A stretch of DNA of 11,361 nucleotides from Methanobacteriaceae archaeon (GTDB taxonomy: Archaea > Methanobacteriota > Methanobacteria > Methanobacteriales > Methanobacteriaceae), in NCBI GenBank assembly GCA_003558085.1, contig PWMT01000031.1, positions 1-11,361 on the forward strand, written 5' to 3'. This document shows positions 1 through 6,375 of this stretch, in pieces. A program made the position numbers and the translations under genes. Numbering within the stretch: position 1 is the first letter of the stretch; every line of letters begins with the position of its first letter. The notes below the pieces were generated by a model. It worked only from the letters and a program-made list of their open reading frames with translations. It was not told the origin of the DNA and made no database searches.

Positions 1-106
1 AAGCCGATTAGAATCTAAGGAAGAGTTGATTCATAGATTAAAAGGTGGCGGAGTATTGGGGAAAATTTCTAGTATATTTACTAATAAAGATGATCAAAAT
101 CCTTAA
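1..106 (+). CDS. 3' end of an unidentified CDS truncated by the window edge (...SRLESKEELIHRLKGGGVLGKISSIFTNKDDQNP*)
   Basis: Frame starting at position 2 is open from the window edge to TAA at 104-106, with protein-like composition, followed by AT-rich intergenic DNA. Confidence 0.55.
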   Translation, partial: SRLESKEELIHRLKGGGVLGKISSIFTNKDDQNP

Positions 107-161
107 CATAAATGCTAATAAAATGATAAAATCCTCAACATATAAATAAGGGATGCTAATA
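90..161 (+). repeat. Short imperfect tandem duplication of the end of the upstream gene
   Basis: ATGATCAAAATCCTTAACATA (90-110) versus ATGAT-AAAATCCTCAACATA (123-142), each followed by ATGCTAATA. Confidence 0.5.
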
Positions 162-269
162 GTTTAAGATTTAATAATATGGATATGATACTTCTAAGCT
201 TTTCATGGTAATTATAATAGTAAGCAATATGGTTTTATAGCCAGATTAAAATAGTTTCCCAGGATATTC

Positions 270-1139
270 ATGCCAATTAACAATTATTATAGACGAATAA
301 GAAATATTTTAATATTGATCCTAGTTTTGAATTTAGCAGTATCTTTGATTAAATTAGGGTTTGGTTGGTACACAGATTCTTTGAGTATAGTTTCTGATGG
401 TTTTCACTCTCTTTTTGATGGGTTTTCAAATTTAATCGGGATAATTGGAATCATCATTGCTTCACGCCCTCCAGACAGTGAACATCCTTATGGTCATGGA
501 AAATTTGAAACCCTAGCATCTCTGGGGATTGCAGTAATCCTATTTTTCACTTGCTTTCAAATTTTAAGCTCTGCTTGGGATAGAATAGTTAATCCTCTTA
601 CTCCTGAAATTAGTTTAGCTAGCTTTCTAATTATTGGGAGCACTCTTTTTATAAATTTTCTTATTTCCTGGTTTGAAAATCGTGAAGGGAAACGTTTAGG
701 AAGTAATATTTTAATTGCTGATTCTCTTCACACTCGAAGTGATGTTTACAGTTCTATTGCGGTTATTATAGGTTTTGTGGCTATAGAAAGTGGTTATGTG
801 ATTGCAGATTCAATAGTGTCTATTTTGATTGCCATATTAATTGCTAAAACTGGAATTGATATTATTAAGAGCAGTTCCGATGTACTTTTAGATAGAGCAA
901 CTATAAATTCACAAAAAATTAGAGGGGTGGTTAATTCCCTGGACGAAGTAAAAGATTGTCATAAAATAAGAACTAGAGGTCCCATTTCCAATGTTTATGT
1001 GGATCTACATATAGAATTGGAAAGTTGCCTCACTCTGGATGAAGCTCATGATATATCTCATGAGGTGGAAGAAAAGCTTAAAAATTCCTTTTATTGTGTT
1101 AAAGATGTTACAGTACATATTGATCCCTGCGAAGAGTAG
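270..1139 (+). CDS. Cation diffusion facilitator (CDF) family divalent-metal transporter, FieF/YiiP-like
   Basis: About 6 hydrophobic helices; CDF signature SLSIVSDGFHSLFD; PPDSEHPYGHGKFE loop; TM5 ADSLHTRSD; C-terminal dimerisation domain with VDLHIE..EAHDISHEVE..VTVHIDP. Confidence 0.95.
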   Translation: MPINNYYRRIRNILILILVLNLAVSLIKLGFGWYTDSLSIVSDGFHSLFDGFSNLIGIIGIIIASRPPDSEHPYGHGKFETLASLGIAVILFFTCFQILSSAWDRIVNPLTPEISLASFLIIGSTLFINFLISWFENREGKRLGSNILIADSLHTRSDVYSSIAVIIGFVAIESGYVIADSIVSILIAILIAKTGIDIIKSSSDVLLDRATINSQKIRGVVNSLDEVKDCHKIRTRGPISNVYVDLHIELESCLTLDEAHDISHEVEEKLKNSFYCVKDVTVHIDPCEE

Positions 1140-1226
1140 ATATTAAAATAAAGAATTTTTATATAAAATGTACTATGGGATGTCATACCCAAAATAATTG
1201 TAAATAAGAGAAGGTTCTTGGTAATT

Positions 1227-1634
1227 TTAATTGAGCATTATTTTTTTATCAAACTCAAAATTTAGGTCATCCCCGTATATTTCCACTGGTAAATTAAATA
1301 CGTCTTTTTTCATTTCTGCCTTTTCTCTACAGGTGGGTGGAACTATAACCCAGAATCGGCGTCGAGGATTGAAACAAAATCGTTTCCATTTTAATAGATT
1401 ATTAGAAAGTAAGCTTTTACAGGTTTCCACTTCGATAAGAATCTCTTCCATATCTTTTAATGCGTAAATATCTGGAGTATAGCCATTAAAAGATCTGGGT
1501 GAACCGTTAGGATGATCTATGTAGTTGGCCCTAACCATATATCCTTTACTTTCTAATAGCATAACCACAGATCTTATTAATTTTTCATGGTTTTTATCTG
1601 CGGATCCAGATACTGCAACGCTTTTTTTTCTCAT
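1227..1634 (-). CDS. Hypothetical protein with a PD-(D/E)XK restriction-endonuclease-like fold
   Basis: 135 aa; GGAG RBS (complement of 1641-1644); helix HEKLIRSVVMLLESKGY followed by GYTPDIYA...ILIEVET matches the PD..(D/E)xK spacing with T at the K position. Confidence 0.65.
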   Translation of the reverse strand: MRKKSVAVSGSADKNHEKLIRSVVMLLESKGYMVRANYIDHPNGSPRSFNGYTPDIYALKDMEEILIEVETCKSLLSNNLLKWKRFCFNPRRRFWVIVPPTCREKAEMKKDVFNLPVEIYGDDLNFEFDKKIMLN

Positions 1635-1762
1635 TTTACTCTCCGTTTATTATATTTTTATTAAAATATTTAAATTTACTCCCTCCCTATTTTGAACATT
1701 TTTCACAAATAAGGAGAAAATAATAGAAATAGTCATAGCTTTTTAAAAAATAATTGCATATC

Positions 1763-1799
1763 TTTATATAGAATTGAAGAAATAGTATATCATGGTGGT
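1763..1799 (+). promoter_or_regulatory. Putative archaeal TATA box (TTTATATA, 1763-1770) and RBS (GGTGGT, 1794-1799) for the 73-aa gene
   Basis: Motifs read directly from the sequence; spacing fits an archaeal promoter with a short leader. Confidence 0.5.
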
Positions 1800-1802
1800 A
1801 AT

Positions 1803-2024
1803 ATGGATGTGTTAGATGAAGAAAAATTGAAGATGCGCTACATCGCCCTGGTTAAAAAGGGAATATTAGAAAATGATGAATGTGCTTCTTATAGTAAAAA
1901 AATGGATATTAACCCTTGCATGAAAAATAAAGTAGATAGATATCAGGATTTTTTTGTTCCAGGAACAGTATTGGTTAGTGGAAAAGCTTCTTACCGTTTA
2001 AGAGTGGAGTATCCCATGGAATGA
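1803..2024 (+). CDS. Small hypothetical protein (73 aa)
   Basis: ATG preceded by GGTGGT and a TATA box, followed at once by oligo-T tracts; fills the gap between two minus-strand genes without overlap. Confidence 0.75.
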   Translation: MDVLDEEKLKMRYIALVKKGILENDECASYSKKMDINPCMKNKVDRYQDFFVPGTVLVSGKASYRLRVEYPME

Positions 2025-2059
2025 TTTTTTTTATTAATCAAACTATTTTTTTTGTTTTA
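2025..2059 (+). terminator. Oligo-T archaeal-type terminator region between convergent genes
   Basis: Two long T runs immediately after the TGA at 2022-2024. Confidence 0.5.
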
Positions 2060-2608
2060 TTAGGTGATCACCATTTTTCCGGCTTTGGTGATAGCATATT
2101 TTTCAAACATCTGGGATTGTTTAACCAGGCCTAGATCCAGAAGACCTGCCAGGTGTTTGTAGACCATAGCACGAGAAATACCTATTTTTTTTCCAATAGA
2201 GACTGCATTTAAATTTTCTTCGTCTAAGGCTTCTAATATTTTAAAACGGGTTCCAGATATATCCATTTTCAAAAGAGGAAGTCTTAAAGATTCGTTCTCA
2301 AAACAAGTGTAGACAGCATCAACCCCTTCTTTGTTGGCTACAAATCCTAGTAAAACACCTAAATCATTTCCATTATATCCTACGTACACTTCACCGTGTT
2401 TTTTGGCACCGCGGATAACATTACTTATTTTTTCATAGGCTTCCAGGGGATTATCAGTATCAATTTGCACTGATCCTCCTTTTATGAACTTATCTAGGCA
2501 GGAATCCTTTTCAGATTCTCTTTGGATACAAATAAGACCGTCTATCTGAGTTTTCATGGAAACATCGAATAGACATTTACCTTTTAAAGTAGTTACCAAG
2601 GTTTTCAT
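2060..2608 (-). CDS. Winged helix-turn-helix transcriptional regulator with an N-terminal degenerate CARF-like Rossmann domain (Csa3/cas_HTH-like architecture)
   Basis: C-terminal wHTH: TRFKILEAL..LNAVSIGKKIGISRAMVYKHLAGLLDLGLV..YAITKAGK. N-terminal beta/alpha pattern MKTLVTT..IDTDNPLEAYEKISNVI..EVYVGYNG..VYT..LRLP resembles Csa3-family proteins. RBS AGGTGGTGA (complement of 2616-2624). The HTH call is firm; the CARF call is tentative. Confidence 0.8.
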   Translation of the reverse strand: MKTLVTTLKGKCLFDVSMKTQIDGLICIQRESEKDSCLDKFIKGGSVQIDTDNPLEAYEKISNVIRGAKKHGEVYVGYNGNDLGVLLGFVANKEGVDAVYTCFENESLRLPLLKMDISGTRFKILEALDEENLNAVSIGKKIGISRAMVYKHLAGLLDLGLVKQSQMFEKYAITKAGKMVIT

Positions 2609-2646
2609 GATTTCATCACCACCTAATATAGCTAATTATATCTCTA

Positions 2647-2676
2647 GTCTACCTACAATATAGATGTGTCTATTTT
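2647..2676. promoter_or_regulatory. Candidate operator: imperfect palindrome AATATAGA-TGTG-TCTATTTT (2657-2676) plus a second GTCTA half-site at 2647
   Basis: Core ATAGA-N4-TCTAT (2660-2673) is a perfect inverted repeat; it lies in the 140-bp divergent intergenic region next to an HTH gene. Confidence 0.35.
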
Positions 2677-2690
2677 TTAATGTTGAAAAG

Positions 2691-2740
2691 AGAAAAGTTT
2701 AAATTAATTTTATACGTATATAATTATTACTAACCGGAGG
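2691..2740 (+). promoter_or_regulatory. Putative BRE/TATA (AGAAAAG-TTTAAAT, 2691-2704) and RBS (GGAGG, 2736-2740) of the glutamate-synthase-like operon
   Basis: Purine-rich element directly followed by TTTAAA about 45-50 bp upstream of ATG 2749; strong Shine-Dalgarno. Confidence 0.5.
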
Positions 2741-2748
2741 AGAAGAAT

Positions 2749-3417
2749 ATGCATGCAGAGGAAATATTGATATCTGGTGATGATTATTCAACTCGTAATC
2801 TTAATCAAGAAATAAAAAAGGGCTTAAAAGAAAATCAAAAAAATTTTTGGATAGAAAATTCTCAAAAACTGGATTCAGTGGCCGTAGGTATTCGTGAAGA
2901 AGCTTATATCAAACTTGAAGGAGATTTCGGTGATTTTTTAGGAGCTCTAAATGATGGAGCTAAGATAGAGGTTCAGGGAAGAACTGGCCGATATTTAGGA
3001 AACACTATGACTGATGGGGAAATAATTATTCATGGATCTACAGATGAGGGTGCAGGTTTTGGGATGTATGATGGAACCATCGTCATCCATGGTAATTCCG
3101 GTGATGGGGTAGGTCAACTAAATAAAGGCGGTTTAATTGTAGTTAATGGTGATATTGGTAATCTTGCTGGACTTTACATGCTCAGTGGTGATTTAATTGT
3201 CACTGGAAATGCTGGAGAAGATACCGGGGAATGGATAATTGGGGGCACCATATATGTGGGTGGTGACTTCCAGACAGGTACCAATGCTCAGATCAAACCT
3301 CTGGATAAGTCCGATAAAGAAAAACTAAGTAGAATATTCAAGACTTACAATATCTCTACTGATTTAGATAAATTCCAAAAAATTCAACATATGAAAGCAA
3401 GGCCTTTCTATGGTTAG
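2749..3417 (+). CDS. gltB3: Glutamate synthase domain 3 protein (GXGXG beta-helix; GltB C-terminal/FwdC-like)
   Basis: Repeated G-x-x-G-x-x-x-G-x-x-M/N-x-x-G-x-I-x-I/V-x-G units (GDFGDFLGALNDGA, GRTGRYLGNTMTDG, GNSGDGVGQLNKGG, GNAGEDTGEWIIGG); 10 bp upstream of the FMN-domain gene. Confidence 0.9.
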   Translation: MHAEEILISGDDYSTRNLNQEIKKGLKENQKNFWIENSQKLDSVAVGIREEAYIKLEGDFGDFLGALNDGAKIEVQGRTGRYLGNTMTDGEIIIHGSTDEGAGFGMYDGTIVIHGNSGDGVGQLNKGGLIVVNGDIGNLAGLYMLSGDLIVTGNAGEDTGEWIIGGTIYVGGDFQTGTNAQIKPLDKSDKEKLSRIFKTYNISTDLDKFQKIQHMKARPFYG

Positions 3418-3427
3418 GTGATGGTAA

Positions 3428-5290
3428 ATGGTTCAAATTTTATTAACAGATCCTGAAAATTGTGATGGATGTAATGAATGTATAGAAGCTTGTGAAAAAG
3501 TAAATAAAGATAGTACTATATTTTTACATAAAACAAATAAAGGTTATCAGGCGGTTGTATGTCAGCAGTGTGTTGATCCTGCCTGTGCTAGGGGCTGTTT
3601 TCGGGATGCTATTTTAAGGGAGAAGGGAGTAGTTAAAATAGATCAAGAAGCCTGTACCGGCTGTAAATTATGTATGTTAATGTGTCCTCTAGGTGCTATC
3701 AGTTATAGTGAAGATGGCATGTTAAAATGTGATCAGCAGTGTATTTCCAGCCCCGGTGAAACACCTCACTGTGTCGCTGCCTGTGATAGGGATTGTCTGG
3801 AAGCATTGGATGTGAAAGAATTTGCTACTGAAATGCAAAAAGGTTTTGAAATGAAAAATAGTGAAGAATCCTATTCACTTAAACCTAGCACACCTTCCAA
3901 TGATTTAGTAGCAGCTACTCAAGGCTTATGTGTTTTCTGTGGGACCTGTGAAATAGTATGTCCTACCGATGCGATAGAAATAGTTGATAATAATCCTGTA
4001 ATTGATAAGAATCGTTGTATCATGTGTGGATCATGCTTAGCTGCCTGTCCAGTATTGGTTTCAAGCGGAGCAGGAAATATTTGGGATCCTCGCACTATTG
4101 CAGATATAAGATACACCTCCAAAGCAGGTAAATATGTTCTGCGAGGTTTCGGTACTGAAAGGAAGCTTCCTAGTTTTGATGATATAATTATTTTACCGGC
4201 ACAAGCCTCCATACCTCCTGTAGATAAATACCGGGAGGTCTGTAACACTCAGGTGGAACTGGGTACTAGATTTGCCAAAGAACCCCTGGTTCTACAGACA
4301 CCTATATTGATTGCAGGAATGTCCTTTGGAGCTTTGAGTAAAGAAAGTAAACTGGCCATGGCTAAAGGATCATCACTGGTTGGATCCTGTGCCAATACCG
4401 GTGAAGGAGGCATGTTACCGGAAGAGAGAGAACTTGCTGATAAGTTAATGGTGCAATACTCTTCTGGAAGGTTTGGTGTTTCTGCAGAATATTTGAACGT
4501 GGCAGATGCTATTGAAATAAAAATTGGACAGGGGGCCAAACCAGGTATGGGTGGACATCTTCTAGCCGAAAAGGTTAGTCCTGAAGTGGCTAAAATTAGA
4601 GGCATACCGTTAGGCACCGACGTTTTAAGCCCGGCTCGATTTTTAGATGCCACTAAAGAAGGGGATTTAGCTAAACATATTGAACTATTAAGAGAAGTCA
4701 CTGACTGGAAAAAACCTATCGTAGTTAAATTAGGGCCTGGAAGAATAGATCAAGATGTAAAACTAGTTGCAGAAGCCGGGGCTGATATTATCTCTGTGGA
4801 CGGTATGGAAGGAGGTACTGGTGCTGCTCCGGAAGTAGTGATTGAACATACTGGTGTGCCCACCTTAGCTTCTCTGGTACAGGCGGCAAATGCTTTAAAG
4901 GAGATAGGATTGAAAGACGAAGTAGATTTAATCATCACAGGCGGTATTCGCAGTGGAGCAGATGTGGCTAAGGCCATGGCTTTAGGTGCTGATGCTGCCT
5001 ACATTGGCACAGGGGCCATGATCGCTCTTGGATGTAGGGCCTGTAGAATGTGTTATACTGGTAAATGCCCTGTAGGAGTTGCAACACAGGATCCTACTCT
5101 CCGGGAGAGGATGGATATGGAGTTATCTGCTATGAGAGTGGCTAATTACATTAAGTCCATGACTGAGGAAACCAAAATGTTAGCACAATTAGCAGGGCAT
5201 AATGATATTAGGAAATTTTCATCAGATGATTTAAGAGCCTTGAATACTAATATAGCAGCCATAACTGGCTTAAAATTAGTAGGCCACTAA
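3428..5290 (+). CDS. gltB2: Glutamate synthase domain 2 (FMN-binding) protein fused to N-terminal polyferredoxin domains
   Basis: GltB FMN-domain motifs IAGMSFGALS, NTGEGG, QYSSGRFGV, IEIKIGQGAKPGMGGHL, VDGMEGGTGA, TGGIRSGADVAKAMALGAD, CRACRMCYTGKCPVGVATQDP; six N-terminal four-Cys ferredoxin motifs; RBS AGGTGA overlaps the upstream stop codon. Confidence 0.93.
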   Translation: MVQILLTDPENCDGCNECIEACEKVNKDSTIFLHKTNKGYQAVVCQQCVDPACARGCFRDAILREKGVVKIDQEACTGCKLCMLMCPLGAISYSEDGMLKCDQQCISSPGETPHCVAACDRDCLEALDVKEFATEMQKGFEMKNSEESYSLKPSTPSNDLVAATQGLCVFCGTCEIVCPTDAIEIVDNNPVIDKNRCIMCGSCLAACPVLVSSGAGNIWDPRTIADIRYTSKAGKYVLRGFGTERKLPSFDDIIILPAQASIPPVDKYREVCNTQVELGTRFAKEPLVLQTPILIAGMSFGALSKESKLAMAKGSSLVGSCANTGEGGMLPEERELADKLMVQYSSGRFGVSAEYLNVADAIEIKIGQGAKPGMGGHLLAEKVSPEVAKIRGIPLGTDVLSPARFLDATKEGDLAKHIELLREVTDWKKPIVVKLGPGRIDQDVKLVAEAGADIISVDGMEGGTGAAPEVVIEHTGVPTLASLVQAANALKEIGLKDEVDLIITGGIRSGADVAKAMALGADAAYIGTGAMIALGCRACRMCYTGKCPVGVATQDPTLRERMDMELSAMRVANYIKSMTEETKMLAQLAGHNDIRKFSSDDLRALNTNIAAITGLKLVGH

Positions 5291-5343
5291 CTTGGCCTAT
5301 AATTTATTTTATTTAAGCTATTATTTTTTTATTTTTTTTATTT
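5280..5343 (+). terminator. Hairpin TAGGCCA-CTAACT-TGGCCTA (5280-5299) over the stop codon, followed by several oligo-T tracts
   Basis: Perfect 7-bp stem with the TAA in the loop; T runs from about 5303 to 5343. Confidence 0.55.
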
Positions 5344-5521
5344 AGATAGTCATTATTAAATTTAAAAAAGATTAATCCCTTTTATTTATTAAAAAAAATT
5401 TATTCTACCTATTTTTGAATTTGAATTAAGAGAACCGTAAATCTAACTAATAGTTACCAGTAAGAATCTATTCCATAAATTTAATAAATAAAGAACATAT
5501 AATTACTGGGGAGTGAGTATA

Positions 5522-6013
5522 ATGGAAAATAATAAGAATAAAGGGTTGGGTGTTTTAGGCATAATTTTAGGGATAATTGTCATAGCTTTCCCTATTTTTA
5601 GTGAACTAGCTGGAAGTATATTAGCTGGATTAGGGTTGATATTTTTAGGGATCTACTTAATGGCCTTGAGTTTTGATAACTGGGGTTATAATAACTTGGC
5701 TAGTTTAGCTGCATTGGTGGTAAGTATTGCTTTTATCTTAATTGGAATAACCTTCATTGGAAATTTAATCTTATTTGAGATGTTATTAGACGCTGCTTTT
5801 TATCTGGTAGGTTTTTTATTAATAATTAGTGGGATAACTCTTCTTATAAAAAAAGAAGATTTTTTTAATAAGATTGTGGGTGTTATAGGAATTATAACTG
5901 GTTTTTTATACTTTATATTGGCCTATACTCAATTCAATCCAGAATTTTTAGCCCTGGTTTTGGGATTATGGTTAATTTTTGGTGGAATAGCACAATTCCT
6001 TCCCAGGAAATAA
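5522..6013 (+). CDS. DUF308/HdeD-like integral membrane protein
   Basis: About 6 TM helices in repeated hairpins (GILGIILGIIVIAFP-like, G..LI..GI motifs). ATG 5522 is preferred over GTG 5513 because GGGGAGTGA (5508-5516) sits as its RBS. Confidence 0.8.
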   Translation: MENNKNKGLGVLGIILGIIVIAFPIFSELAGSILAGLGLIFLGIYLMALSFDNWGYNNLASLAALVVSIAFILIGITFIGNLILFEMLLDAAFYLVGFLLIISGITLLIKKEDFFNKIVGVIGIITGFLYFILAYTQFNPEFLALVLGLWLIFGGIAQFLPRK

Positions 6014-6327
6014 AATCAACTGTAATAGATTAATAGGAATTAATCGTCAAAAAAAAGGAACAATATTAACCAGGAATAATTCATAGAAACTGATCTTAAA
6101 AAGAGGAAAGTAAATTAACCTAGACGGGAATTATTATATAAAAATCTTTAGGATGGTTATATTCAATTTAACTAAAAAAAATGGTGAGGGATATACAGAA
6201 AAACATACTTCAACATATTCTAAACTATTTTTTTTAATAATCACTAATCTTAAATCATTTTAAGCCTTCCAAGGCCCTATAAATATGTTTTATAAGTTTT
6301 AAATGCCTTAATTTACCTTCTACTTAA

Positions 6328-6342
6328 GGAAAGTATTTATAG
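6328..6342 (+). promoter_or_regulatory. Putative BRE/TATA (GGAAAG-TATTTATAG) for the dacB-like gene
   Basis: Good match to the archaeal BRE + TTTATA consensus, 35-60 bp upstream of the candidate starts. Confidence 0.5.
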
Positions 6343-6375
6343 GTTATAGAATAAAGCTAATTTTAAAATTTTAAA

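Noticed and set aside
90..161. Target-site duplication or mobile-element end
   Set aside because: Imperfect local duplication with no transposase or terminal inverted repeats; more likely replication slippage.
1231..1467. 78-aa plus-strand ORF
   Set aside because: Antisense shadow of the 1227-1634 gene; TTG start and no recognisable motifs.
2609..2748. NrpR operator (GGAA-N6-TTCC)
   Set aside because: Searched by eye in the intergenic region; not present.
2749..3417. Formylmethanofuran dehydrogenase subunit C (FwdC/FmdC) assignment
   Set aside because: Same GXGXG fold, but no other fwd/fmd genes are present and it is coupled to a GltB FMN domain.
3919..4977. Three minus-strand ORFs (3919-4248, 4249-4701, 4750-4977)
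   Set aside because: All lie antisense within the well-supported gltB2 CDS; Ser/Pro-rich shadow translations.
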